This document shows, in pieces, positions 8,879-18,600 of a stretch of 32,000 bases of DNA. The number at the start of each line of letters is the position of its first letter. Positions within the stretch are counted from its first letter, which is position 1. Source of the DNA: Telmatocola sphagniphila (GTDB lineage Bacteria > Planctomycetota > Planctomycetia > Gemmatales > Gemmataceae). The notes beneath the pieces are model-generated. The model ran no database searches and was not told the origin of the DNA. It was given only the letters and a program-made list of their open reading frames with translations. The translations under genes and the position numbers were made by a program. The DNA lies in assembly GCF_018398935.1 (NCBI RefSeq), contig NZ_CP074694.1, positions 2,730,001-2,762,000 on the forward strand, given 5' to 3'.

Positions 8879-9450
8879 TAGTTACCTCCCTTGGACGAGG
8901 AGGATCCAGTCCCGCCCTTGGATGAGCTGCTGTTCCCCATGCTCGAGCTACTCGAGGAACCCGACCCGCTGCTGCCCGTCCCAGAACTCGAGGAACTCGA
9001 GCTCGAACTGGTACTGCTACTGGTGCTGGTATCGATCTGAGTGATCATGGGCGAACCGCCCCGCATCGTCGGGTCGAAGATATACTGGGTCATCGAAGCG
9101 GCGGGGAAAATGGCGTTGTCGGAACCATCTTTGGTAACCGTAATTGTGACCTGATAGAGGTTAGTGAGCGAGGCCGGCGAGATATCCGCGGACCAGCTCC
9201 AGCCGTCCTCATCGTCGAAGCTGCCACCCCCGCCGCCGGAAAGCGGTTGCACACCCGAGATGAACTCGGCCATTTTCGATTCGATCAACCGCGTGGCTTT
9301 GCTTTGCGATTCGATTTCAATCGCACTGTCGGTAGCGTTTCCCATGAGCTTGTATAAAGCGATAATCGACATCAGGAAGATGGCAAAAGCGATGATCACT
9401 TCCAATAACGTCAAACCGGATCTACGGGTGCGAGTCGTTTGCAGAATCAC
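8878..9450 (-). CDS. gspI: Minor pseudopilin, GspI-like (class III signal RRSG|LTLLEV) with a long Ser-rich C-terminal tail
   Basis: Prepilin motif G|LTLLEVIIAFAIF with Glu+5. The position in the G-H-I-J-K series supports the I assignment. The ~50-aa C-terminal tail is TSTSSSTSSSSSSSSSGTGSSGSGSSSSSSMGNSSSSKGGTGSSSSKGGN. Confidence 0.6.
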   Translation of the reverse strand: MILQTTRTRRSGLTLLEVIIAFAIFLMSIIALYKLMGNATDSAIEIESQSKATRLIESKMAEFISGVQPLSGGGGGSFDDEDGWSWSADISPASLTNLYQVTITVTKDGSDNAIFPAASMTQYIFDPTMRGGSPMITQIDTSTSSSTSSSSSSSSSGTGSSGSGSSSSSSMGNSSSSKGGTGSSSSKGGN

Positions 9451-9995
9451 GGACTTTCCTCCGTTCCAGCACGCTTGGTGGTGATAATCCCAGTCAGCGC
9501 CCGAATCTTTACAGTGATTGGCTTAACGCCTTCCAACTCGAATCGGATTTCCGCATCATTGCGGCATGTGCCTATCGGTTGAAAAACAGCCACAGTGGTC
9601 CAACCCCCGGAGTCGGAAGACATATTCGAATTGTCTGCAAACTTAAACAAAACATCTTTTTCGATTTCTTCTTCGATGATTATTCCGGGAATAGTAGTAC
9701 CTGTCGTACTAGTACCTCCCCCCGTTCCTCCATCCCAGTAATCGGAGGAGTCGGGGGCGATCCGGTATTTCGAGGTATCGGGTTGCACCGCGAAACGATA
9801 ATCCTGATTTTCTTCAATAGCGTGGGCTCGAGCCTCCGCGAACCGGGCTTTGATCTGATCCACGGAGGATTCCAGTCGGAACGAATTCTGAATCCCCTCT
9901 AAGGCGGGAATAGCGATGGCACCGAGGATCACAATGATCGTCAACACCAGCAGCAATTCCAGCAAAGTGAATGCACTACGCTGAGAGTTTCTCAT
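9447..9995 (-). CDS. gspH: Minor pseudopilin, GspH-like (class III signal QRSA|FTLLELLLVL)
   Basis: FTLLE motif with Glu+5 but Ala at position -1. A GspH/FimT-like segment follows (SVDQIKARFAEARAHAIEENQDYRFAV). It lies directly downstream of gspG, and its stop overlaps the next gene's start (ATGA). Confidence 0.6.
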   Translation of the reverse strand: MRNSQRSAFTLLELLLVLTIIVILGAIAIPALEGIQNSFRLESSVDQIKARFAEARAHAIEENQDYRFAVQPDTSKYRIAPDSSDYWDGGTGGGTSTTGTTIPGIIIEEEIEKDVLFKFADNSNMSSDSGGWTTVAVFQPIGTCRNDAEIRFELEGVKPITVKIRALTGIITTKRAGTEESP

Positions 9996-10031
9996 GACTA
10001 TCGCACTCGCTTGAGAGGAAAAGATCCGATT

Positions 10032-10445
10032 CTACTGTTCACGCCAGTTGCCGTGCGGCTTATTCGTTCCCGGATCGATCGCCCAGACATCCACTTTGCG
10101 ACCGTTGCTATGCGCGCCGTTCTTGTCGTATTGGAAGGGCTTGCCCCACGGATCATAAATGTCCGTGTTGGAGTTGAGGAACGGGCGTCCGCCATCCGGG
10201 GGAGTCAAGAGGTCTTCCAGTCGATCCGGAAAGTCCTGCAGACGAAGCTTGTAAAGGTCGCACGCCGCCGAGATACTGGCAGCGCTACTCTCCGCAGCCT
10301 TACCTTTGGCGTCGTCGAGAGCCCCGAACACGAACACACCGGCCACACCCGCCAGAACGACGAGGATGGCCACGACCACCATAACTTCCATCAGTGTGAA
10401 GGCCGCACGTCGTCGGGCCCCCGTTGTAGAGATTTGAATCCGCAT
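10032..10445 (-). CDS. gspG: Major pseudopilin GspG
   Basis: Class III signal RRRAA|FTLMEVMVVVAILVVLAG with Glu+5. The T2SS-G globular-domain motifs are present (CDLYKLRL, DPWGKPFQYD, GNW at the C-terminus). It lies directly after gspF. Confidence 0.9.
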   Translation of the reverse strand: MRIQISTTGARRRAAFTLMEVMVVVAILVVLAGVAGVFVFGALDDAKGKAAESSAASISAACDLYKLRLQDFPDRLEDLLTPPDGGRPFLNSNTDIYDPWGKPFQYDKNGAHSNGRKVDVWAIDPGTNKPHGNWREQ

Positions 10446-10528
10446 TTTTATCCCCTTATCAAGTTCTTGGAACTCATTTCTTAAGTATAAGCATGCCGAC
10501 AGTTAGAAGGTCATGAGAATTTTCATTT

Positions 10529-11737
10529 TTAGCTGCTGACTGCACTACTCATCTTAAAGATTGGTAGCAGTAAAGCGATAACGACCGCCAGAATGACAGC
10601 CGCCATCACCAGAAGCATCACAGGTTCCAGAAGTCGCACGAAGAGTTCCAGTTGCCGTGCCGTTCTACGTTCCAGCCCGTTTGCGATATCCACCAGCACT
10701 TTTTCCAAGCTGTTACTTTCTTCGCCGACCGCGATCATTTCCACCACATCGTGGGGGAAGTACTTGCACCGTCGGAACGGATCGGCCAATCTTTGCCCGG
10801 CGGTAATATTCTCCGCCGATTCGTGAATAGCATTGGAAAGCACTTTATTGCCAGCGGAGTCCTTGGAAATTTCCAGGGCTTTGAGGATCGGAATCCCATT
10901 TCGGAGCATCGTCCCGAGAATTCGGGTAAATCGCGAAAGACAGAGGCTCAAATGGAGTTTGCCGAAGCCGGGTAATTTGAGCCGGATTCGATCCATGCGA
11001 TACCGCCCGGCCTCACTGCGGACCCAGCGCCGGTAGAGCCAGATCGCACCGAAGAACATCCCTACGATCAAATACCAATAGCCCTGCATGAAGTGACTGA
11101 CGGCCAGCAACCAGATCGTGATGGTCGGCAATTCACCGTTCGATTTCAATTTGTCGAAAATCGGCTCGAATTGTGGAACGAAGAAGATAATCAGGCCGTT
11201 GAGTACGAGGAAACCGGCTCCCGCGAGAAATACCGGATACGCCAGAGCACCAACCACTTTCGCCTTCAACTCTTCCTGAGCTTCCGTGAACTCCGCGATG
11301 CGGTGCAGCACATCCTCCAGGAAGCCCCCTTCCTGACCGGCCATGACCATGCTGACCGAGAGTTCATTGAAGACGTTCGGGTAGGATCGCATCGAATCGG
11401 CGAGCGAAGTCCCATCCGCCACTTTGGTGCGGAGCTCTTTGAGGACTTCCGTCAGGACGGGATGGGCATCCTGCTTGGTGAGAATTTCCAGCGATCGCAG
11501 TAATGGCACACCGGAATTGAGAAGATCGGCGAGCTGGGCATAAAAGGTCGCCATCACTCGAGGTTTGACTTTTTTTCCGGTCGAAGGGGCATGCTTCGAT
11601 ACAACCGGCGTGATGCGGACCGGACAAAGTCCCCGGCCATCGAGCTGCACGGCGGCATCCCGTTCGGAGTTGGCGGTGAGAACACCGGTATCGCGTGCTC
11701 CCGTTCGCCCCACGGCTTCATATGCAAATTCCGGCAT
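10529..11737 (-). CDS. gspF: T2SS/T4P inner-membrane platform protein GspF/PilC
   Basis: 402 aa with an internally duplicated T2SS-F module (LADLLNSGVPLLRSLEIL and LGTMLRNGIPILKALEIS) and three hydrophobic segments. It sits between gspE and gspG. Confidence 0.93.
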   Translation of the reverse strand: MPEFAYEAVGRTGARDTGVLTANSERDAAVQLDGRGLCPVRITPVVSKHAPSTGKKVKPRVMATFYAQLADLLNSGVPLLRSLEILTKQDAHPVLTEVLKELRTKVADGTSLADSMRSYPNVFNELSVSMVMAGQEGGFLEDVLHRIAEFTEAQEELKAKVVGALAYPVFLAGAGFLVLNGLIIFFVPQFEPIFDKLKSNGELPTITIWLLAVSHFMQGYWYLIVGMFFGAIWLYRRWVRSEAGRYRMDRIRLKLPGFGKLHLSLCLSRFTRILGTMLRNGIPILKALEISKDSAGNKVLSNAIHESAENITAGQRLADPFRRCKYFPHDVVEMIAVGEESNSLEKVLVDIANGLERRTARQLELFVRLLEPVMLLVMAAVILAVVIALLLPIFKMSSAVSS

Positions 11738-11786
11738 GATCTTCCAATTTCAAAATTTGGCCTGATAACCCGCCGCGGGAACGCGA

Positions 11787-13481
11787 TTAGTTCAAGTCCC
11801 CTGCGGTCACACGTCCTACTTCGTCGATGGTGGTCTGCCCCAGCATCACTTTTCGCCAGCCGGTCTGCCGGAGAGTCAGCATCCCATTCTTCAAAGCTTC
11901 AGCTCGAATCACCCCCGAGTTGACTCGCTGCACGACCAGATCCTTCATCGATTCGCCGTTCACCAGAAGTTCGTGGATACCGGTTCGACCGCGATACCCC
12001 GAGTTGCGGCAGGCTTTGCAGCCCGCCCCTCTCTTGATAGTCGGCATCACCCCTTCTTTCAGGCCGGGGAAATCGATGGGAACCTCTTCTTTTTCAGGAA
12101 TAAAGTCGGTTTTGCAGTCGGGGCAGATGGTTCGAACCAAACGTTGAGCCATGACGCCTTCCACCGTACTACCGACCAGGAAGGGCTCCACGCCCATATC
12201 AATAAGACGAGTGAACGCGCTGGGAGAATCGTTGGTGTGAAGGGTACTGAATACCAAGTGCCCGGTCAGGGAGGCTTGAATGGCACTTTGGGCCGTCTCC
12301 AAGTCACGCATTTCGCCGATCAGAATGACGTCGGGATCGTGACGCAGAATGGATCGTAAGGCGGCGGCAAACGTCAGGCCAATTTTAGCGTGCGTTTGAA
12401 TCTGGCTGATGCCCGGCTGCTGGTATTCAACCGGATCTTCCACCGTGATGATCTTGGTGACTTCATCCTTGATTTCGTTGAGCGCACTATACAGAGTCGT
12501 ACTTTTCCCGGAGCCCGTGGGGCCGGTGACCAGAACGATACCGTGCGGACGATCGATCAGTTGTTTGAAAGTACTGTGAATGTCGGGAAGCATCCCGCAG
12601 TTGGCGAGGTTGAACACCATGCGTCCTTTATCCAAAAGACGCATACAGATACCTTCGCCGTGCACCATTGGGATGATGGAAACACGAACGTCAATTTCCC
12701 GACCTTGAACCCGCATCTTGATACGGCCGTCCTGGGGTAGCCGCTTTTCGGCGATATTCAGACGGGACATGATTTTGATACGGCTGATGATAGCGCTTTG
12801 GAACTGCCGCATTTCGGGTGGAAGAACCTGCGTTTGCAGCAAACCGTCGATTCGGTAACGAATTCGCAGACTCGTTTCCTCGGGCTCGATGTGGATATCG
12901 CTGGCCCGCTCATTTGCGGCTTCAATCAGAATATCATTCACCAGCTTGACGACCGAGGCTTCCTGGGCCTGTTTGGCCAGTTCGCTGTCGTCCGCTTCGA
13001 GTTGTTCCAGAAGTTCGACGTCGTCGCGGTCGGCGACCATCGCGCTGACCGTTTCCCCACCCAACCCGAAGTAGGTCTTGATCAAGCGGAGAATTTCTCT
13101 CTGACTTGCCAGGACCGGTTGAATTTCCAAACCGGTCAGCGTCTGGAGTTCGTCCAGCGAGTAGACGTCGTAAGGATCGCTGGTCGCAACGACGAGCGTC
13201 CCACTGCTCTGCGATACAGGCAGCAAATATTTGCGATGCACGAACTTGGTGGGCATCAGAGCCAGAGTTTCCGGCGGAATCGTGGCGTTGGAAAGGTCGA
13301 CGACCTCCATTCCGAACTCTTCGCCCAGAATCTTCAGAACGGCGTCTTCCTTGGCCAGTCCCTTCTCGATAATGATTTCGTGAATCGGTTTATCGGGCTC
13401 AGCAACACGAAACTCACCCAACCGACGGAGATCCGCCTCGGACAATAGCCCCTGTGATGCTAACTTCTGTGCCAGTTGCAT
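11787..13481 (-). CDS. gspE: T2SS/T4P assembly ATPase GspE/PilB
   Basis: It carries Walker A (VTGPTGSGKSTT), Walker B (DPDVILIGEMRD) and a His box (TGHLVFSTLHTND). The tetra-Cys zinc motif is present (CPDCK...CKACRNSGYRGRTGIHE). An N-terminal MshEN/T2SSE_N-like domain is also visible. Confidence 0.95.
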   Translation of the reverse strand: MQLAQKLASQGLLSEADLRRLGEFRVAEPDKPIHEIIIEKGLAKEDAVLKILGEEFGMEVVDLSNATIPPETLALMPTKFVHRKYLLPVSQSSGTLVVATSDPYDVYSLDELQTLTGLEIQPVLASQREILRLIKTYFGLGGETVSAMVADRDDVELLEQLEADDSELAKQAQEASVVKLVNDILIEAANERASDIHIEPEETSLRIRYRIDGLLQTQVLPPEMRQFQSAIISRIKIMSRLNIAEKRLPQDGRIKMRVQGREIDVRVSIIPMVHGEGICMRLLDKGRMVFNLANCGMLPDIHSTFKQLIDRPHGIVLVTGPTGSGKSTTLYSALNEIKDEVTKIITVEDPVEYQQPGISQIQTHAKIGLTFAAALRSILRHDPDVILIGEMRDLETAQSAIQASLTGHLVFSTLHTNDSPSAFTRLIDMGVEPFLVGSTVEGVMAQRLVRTICPDCKTDFIPEKEEVPIDFPGLKEGVMPTIKRGAGCKACRNSGYRGRTGIHELLVNGESMKDLVVQRVNSGVIRAEALKNGMLTLRQTGWRKVMLGQTTIDEVGRVTAGDLN

Positions 13482-13841
13482 GTAGAACTCGATGAATGAT
13501 CGTTTGTGCTAGTGTAAGATTATTTTAGGTAATTGGAATTAAAAGGCAGTGAGTAACTTTTCAGTGGAATCCCTTGTAAAACCAACTTTACTGCTTGTGT
13601 TTTAACAATTTTCATCCTATGAACGCAATGACGAAATGTACTCTTTCCGTACCGGGCAATTTATTGCCAGGCGTTACTCCTCTGAATTAGATCGTTCTGT
13701 ACAAGCCGAATGGGCCTTAAATTCGACTCAAATAGGACATAACTAACAATTAGACTAACCAAACCACTCTGGCCAACGTCAATTTGATAATTTGGGAAGG
13801 ATTGGCTCGGAGCCGGCGATTTGACAGGTGCACTTGCATAC

Positions 13842-13867
13842 GGGCGCCCCGAATTCGGGGCCGCCCG
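13842..13867 (-). terminator. GC-rich hairpin immediately downstream of the DUF1501 gene (candidate operon terminator, no U-tract)
   Basis: On the minus strand, gggcggccccg-aatt-cggggcgccc forms a ~10-bp G/C stem with one bulge. It begins ~17 nt after the stop codon at 13884-13886. No T-run follows, so it is not a classic intrinsic terminator. Confidence 0.35.
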
Positions 13868-13883
13868 CCATTTTAGTACGCTC

Positions 13884-15356
13884 TCAGCCGAACAGCTTGG
13901 GAATGGCCTTTGCTTGCACCAGTTCTCGAGGCTGCTTCAGGTGATTGAGGACCATCGTCTCGGGATCGATACCGAACGCATGGTAAATTGTCGCCAGAAG
14001 TTCACCTGGATGGACTGGGTCTTTTCGTGGACTGGAAGCGGTGTTGTCCGATTCCCCGTAGATCGCACCGCGACGAATTCCGGCCCCAGCCACCAAACCG
14101 GTGTAGCAGTACGGCCAGTGGTCGCGGCCATCCGCACTATTCCCGTTACCGGAGGTGCTGACGCCTTTCTGTGGGCTGCGGCCAAATTCCCCGATGCAGA
14201 CAACCAGCGTTTCGCTGAGCAGGCCGCGAGCGTCCAGATCTTTGATGAAAGCGGCCAAGCCGGTATCGAACATCGGTCCCGATTGCTTTTTCATTCGATC
14301 GGTCAGTCCGACGTGATGGTCCCAGGAATGGTTGTCGGAATTGGCGACTTTCGGCCAGACCACTTCGACGACGCGCGTGCCGGCTTCGATCAAACGGCGG
14401 GCCAGCAAAAGGCTTTGACCAAAGGTATTTCTGCCATAATCCGCCCGGAGGGTCGCCGATTCTTTATCGAGATTGAACGCTTCGCGAGCCTTGCCCGAAA
14501 GCACCAGATTCAGTGCCTGATCGTAGTACTCGTTCAGGTGATAGTCCTTCACGGCATTATCGATCGAGGGCATGCCGGCATTAATGGTATCGCGGAGCTT
14601 CGCTCGCCGTTCCAACCGATTGACGAACACATCCTGCCGAAGTTTGAGATCTTCGACTTTAATGCGATCCATCTTGCTCATGTCCATGTCGTCGCCGTCG
14701 GGATAGAGCGTGTAAGGATCGTACGCCCGTCCTAAAAAGCCGGCGGTCCCGCCTTTGCCCACGACGTTCGATTCCTGCAAGGGTCGCGGCAGCATGACAA
14801 ATGGTAGCGTTGGTGTCGATGCTGGTTTCAGACGGCAGATATTTGCCCCGAAATTCGGGAAATCTTTAGGGTCGGGTGGTTCCAGTTGGCCGGAGGGACT
14901 AACTTTATCCGTCGTATACCCGGTCATCATCTGATAGATGGCGGCCGTGTGATTAAACAGGCCGTTGGGGGTATAGCTCATGGAACGGATCAAAGTAAAC
15001 TTATCGTTCACCTGAGCCAGTTTCGGAAGAATTTCCGTGTATTTGACACCGGCGATTTTAGTGTCGATGGCGGAGAAAACGCTCCGGACCTTATCGGAGA
15101 CATTATCCTTGGGATCCCACATATCGAGATGGCTGGGACCACCTTGCAGATAGACCAGGACAATGCTCTTGGCTTTGCCCCAACCGGGGCCGCCGCCCGA
15201 CTTGCCTTCTTTGGCACTGAGGGCTTTTTTCTCGAGCAAGCCGCCCAGTGTCACCCCCATTAAGGCGGAGCCACCGACGCGAAGCAAATCGCGACGACTG
15301 ACTCCTAGGTGAGAATCGCAGAGGTCGCGACCCGGTTGACCTGGGATGACTAGCAT
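13884..15356 (-). CDS. DUF1501 family protein (sulfatase-like fold) with a twin-arginine signal
   Basis: It has the Tat motif [22 protein letters not shown] and the DUF1501 hallmark [10 protein letters not shown] followed by GRDHW. It is the downstream partner of a DUF1549/DUF1553 protein, the usual planctomycete pairing. Confidence 0.9.
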   Translation of the reverse strand: MLVIPGQPGRDLCDSHLGVSRRDLLRVGGSALMGVTLGGLLEKKALSAKEGKSGGGPGWGKAKSIVLVYLQGGPSHLDMWDPKDNVSDKVRSVFSAIDTKIAGVKYTEILPKLAQVNDKFTLIRSMSYTPNGLFNHTAAIYQMMTGYTTDKVSPSGQLEPPDPKDFPNFGANICRLKPASTPTLPFVMLPRPLQESNVVGKGGTAGFLGRAYDPYTLYPDGDDMDMSKMDRIKVEDLKLRQDVFVNRLERRAKLRDTINAGMPSIDNAVKDYHLNEYYDQALNLVLSGKAREAFNLDKESATLRADYGRNTFGQSLLLARRLIEAGTRVVEVVWPKVANSDNHSWDHHVGLTDRMKKQSGPMFDTGLAAFIKDLDARGLLSETLVVCIGEFGRSPQKGVSTSGNGNSADGRDHWPYCYTGLVAGAGIRRGAIYGESDNTASSPRKDPVHPGELLATIYHAFGIDPETMVLNHLKQPRELVQAKAIPKLFG

Positions 15357-15394
15357 GGTTCAATCCTTCCGATTGAGAGAATTCGAAAGCTCAC

Positions 15395-15685
15395 TTACAT
15401 TTCCGGCTGGCTATCGCCTTGAGCGTCCCTATCTGGCTTCACAAACAGGGCATAGTACAAAAGTCCCAGCAACGGCCCGGCAATCAGAAAGATTCCGGGA
15501 ACCCAGATCGGGGCATCCCGAAACCGCTGATTGATCGGGTTCTCTTTATCCGCCAGCGACTGGACCAGTTTCACGATTAAGAAACTGGCCGCCGCGCCAA
15601 TTAGACCGACCCAGAGCAGGCCCTTGCTGATATAAGCAGCGGAATCCTGCTTCGGTTTTTTGTCGGACCCCGATTTTTTTCTCAT
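15395..15685 (-). CDS. Small two-TM membrane protein (96 aa), unknown function
   Basis: The ATG lies 9 nt after the upstream stop, and the gene ends 38 nt before the DUF1501 start. It has a Lys-rich N-terminus and two hydrophobic helices (LLWVGLIGAAASFLIV; IWVPGIFLIAGPLLGLLYYALF). I recognise no homology. Confidence 0.55.
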   Translation of the reverse strand: MRKKSGSDKKPKQDSAAYISKGLLWVGLIGAAASFLIVKLVQSLADKENPINQRFRDAPIWVPGIFLIAGPLLGLLYYALFVKPDRDAQGDSQPEM

Positions 15686-15694
15686 GCCGCCGCA

Positions 15695-18600
15695 TTACCG
15701 GTTAAAAAGAAAAGCCGGACTGTTGATCAGAGCCCAGGCCAAATCCTGGACACCCGTCAGTCGCTTATTAGCCAGCTGTCGCTGACTAATTTCGAAGTCC
15801 TGCTTCATTTGAACCAGTTTCGCGTCCTGCGGCAAGGGTCTTCCCGCCAATTCGACGCGGTCTTTCAATTCTTTCAGTTTGGCATCGACCGGAAGGGGTT
15901 GTCTCGCCAGGTTCATCTCATTGACCTTATTTCGGTAATTTACGTCGGTGAGTTGGAAGTATTTCAAACTCATCTGCTTCTGTTCCGCACTCCGTTTTTC
16001 CAGAGGAGTTTTCAAAATTTGCTTCCACTCCTCGGAAATACTCAAACCCACGGGCTTCTTGGCTACCGCGGCCGATAGTCGGAAACGAGCGATACAGTGA
16101 TTGCCTCCGTCGAAGCGTTGCAGCAAATTGAAGGTCAGCGTTTTCAGCCCGTCCTGATCGATCGGCTTATCCAGTTCGAAGGTAATCCAGTGCCCGACGC
16201 CGAGTGCCGGTGCGGCCGCCCAACCTTTACCGCCATTGATTTGGCCATCGATCGTAGAAGCCGCCGTGAAGTTATCCTGCGAGAAGTCGGATTGGGCCGA
16301 CTTCAATTTGAGTTTCTTGGCGTCCTTCCCTTCTCCGAGGGTAACTTCGAACTGGGTCAGCACGAAGTTGCCATTCCCAGGTCCGAACCCGGGTCCTTTC
16401 ATGGGGGCTTTCTCCGTGGTTAACAGTTCTAATCGGAAGGCCGAGATCCCCTTCAGGTTAGTATCCGCAGTAATGCTGTAGTTACTCTTGGCGACTGATT
16501 TTTCGGCCAAGAGGGATTTATCGTCGAGCTTGGTCAGCTTCACATTTTCTTTCGCCCCCGCGAAGGTCTTCGGATCGAGGATTACCCATTCGACTTCATC
16601 CTTGAATTTCTTCTCGATCTCGAAAATCTTCTTTTCGTAGTCCTTTTGGAAGGAGTTGAATTTGGCTTCCATATCTTGAATCTTCTTCTGCCGTTCTTCT
16701 TCGCGTTTCTTCAGAATCGGCTCTAATTCCCGCTCGTATTGGGCCAGTTCTTTTTTCGCCCGCTCCAATTGAGTCAGGCGATCCTGCTCGGCCTTCTCCC
16801 GTTTCGGAGCCAGTTCTTTTTCGTACGCGGCGAGCGCTTTGGTCAACGTCTGATGATCGACATCAATTTCATTCCAGGCCGCGATCGTCTGGTCGACTTC
16901 CTTCGCAGTGGGAGGTCGATTCAGAATCCGCAGGAAGAGTTCGTCGATTAGCTTTCGATCCTCGGGAATTTTGGCGACGAGTTGCGCCAGGGCGTTGTTA
17001 TCCTGGGCAATGGAATCGCCGATTGTCCGGCCATTCACCAGAGCCATCACCGGCCCCAGTTGCAAACCAGCCGAGCGTTCGCACTCGCAGGCACTTTCCC
17101 GAACAGGTCGGCCCAGATTATTGAGGAAACCGTCCGGCAGTTCGATGCCGCTATCGGGCAGTTCGGCGGCACGAATACCGGCTTTGACGCCTGGGAAATG
17201 GGATTGCGCCCCCGTGACCCTCTGCACCGCGTCAAAGAGAACTTCGGCCGGTAAACGCCTAGCATTTCCGTGAGCAAAGTTAATCTTGTCGTCTTCGTTC
17301 CACTTGTTGGTGTCGATGGATAGTTGATAAGTCCGCGAGGAAACGATCAACTTCAGCACGTGCTGGACATTGAAGTTACTCTGGATGAACTCGCGGGTGA
17401 GGTAATCGAGCAGTTCCGGATTGGTCGGCGGATTCCCGGCACGAATATCGTCGATCGGCTCGATGATCCCGGTCCCAAAAGTATATCCCCACAGCCGATT
17501 CACAAAACTTCGGGCAAAATAGGGATTGTCGGGAGAAGTAATCCAGGCGGCTAATTCGACTCGCCGACTGTCTCCTTTGGCCTCATGCGCGGCTGGATAG
17601 GGGAACTTCGGAACGGCGGGCTGCCCGGTACGGTCGTGAGTCACTTCGCCGTCCTTTTTCTCCGAAACGATCTCGTAAAGCGGCTTGGGCCGTTCAACAT
17701 CGGTACCGCCGATGTTTTGTCCCCCGGCCTTGGGATCGGCGGCTAATTGCACGCGGGCAAAGTAGGCTGAAGTTTGGTAGTATTGGTCCTGCGTCCAGCG
17801 TTCGAACGGGTGATCGTGGCACTTGTTGCAGTTGAAGCGAACGCCCAGGAACAGATGGGTGGTGTTCTCCATCATGGCCGTGGGATCGCGCAAAATCTTG
17901 AAGTAACTGGCCGGGGGATTTTCCTTATTGGAACCGTTGGCCGTCAAGATTTTCGTGACGAACTCGTTATAAGGCGTGTTCTTCTGCACTTCGGTTCGAA
18001 TCCATTTGCGGAACTCGGCCGCGCCATCGGTGCCGAGGAATTTGCGATTCACCTGTAACAAATCGGCCCACTTATTGGTCCAGAATTCCACATAGTCCGC
18101 GCTACCGATAAGCTTTTGGATTAATTGTTCCCGCTTGTTCCGCGTGGGCTGTTTATCAGCCACAAAGTCGCGAACAGCCTGAGCGGTGGGCGGCAGGCCT
18201 GTCAAATCGAGATAGACACGGCGGATGAAATCGGTGTCGCTGCACAACTCCGAAGGCTGAATCTTCAGGCGTTTCCATTTATTGGCGACCAGTTCATCAA
18301 TTCGATTGTACTTCTCTGGTTCTTTCCATTCGAAACCAGTGCGATCTCCCATGACCGTTAAAGTAGTAGCGGCATAGGCTCCTTCATAACGAGCCAGCAC
18401 GGCCGCCTCGCCCCGTCGGATGGCCGTCATCTTGGCACTGCGATCAACCGTGGCGGTTTCGGTATTCCCGGAATCCAGGAAAGCTTCTTTGGTTACATCA
18501 CGGGTCTTCCCGTCAGCGAATTTTGCAATTACAGTCAGTGGCTGGGCATCGCCGATTTTTTCGATGACCGGATTCTGCGGTGTCACTTCAATGGAAACCA

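Noticed and set aside
8881-9035. Repetitive ctcgag/gctgct-type DNA here, and similar repeats at 8521-8650 and 6860-7035, considered as a CRISPR array or non-coding tandem repeat
   Set aside because: The repeats are in frame within pseudopilin genes and encode Ser/Thr/Gly runs. There is no repeat-spacer periodicity and no cas genes.
13653-13671. A sigma-54-like motif on the minus strand upstream of gspE (cTGGCAATaaaTTGCc)
   Set aside because: There are only 3 nt between TGGCAAT and TTGC, whereas the consensus is TGGCACG-N4-TTGC. The GG-to-GC spacing is strict for sigma-54. The motif is also a small palindrome that may arise by chance.
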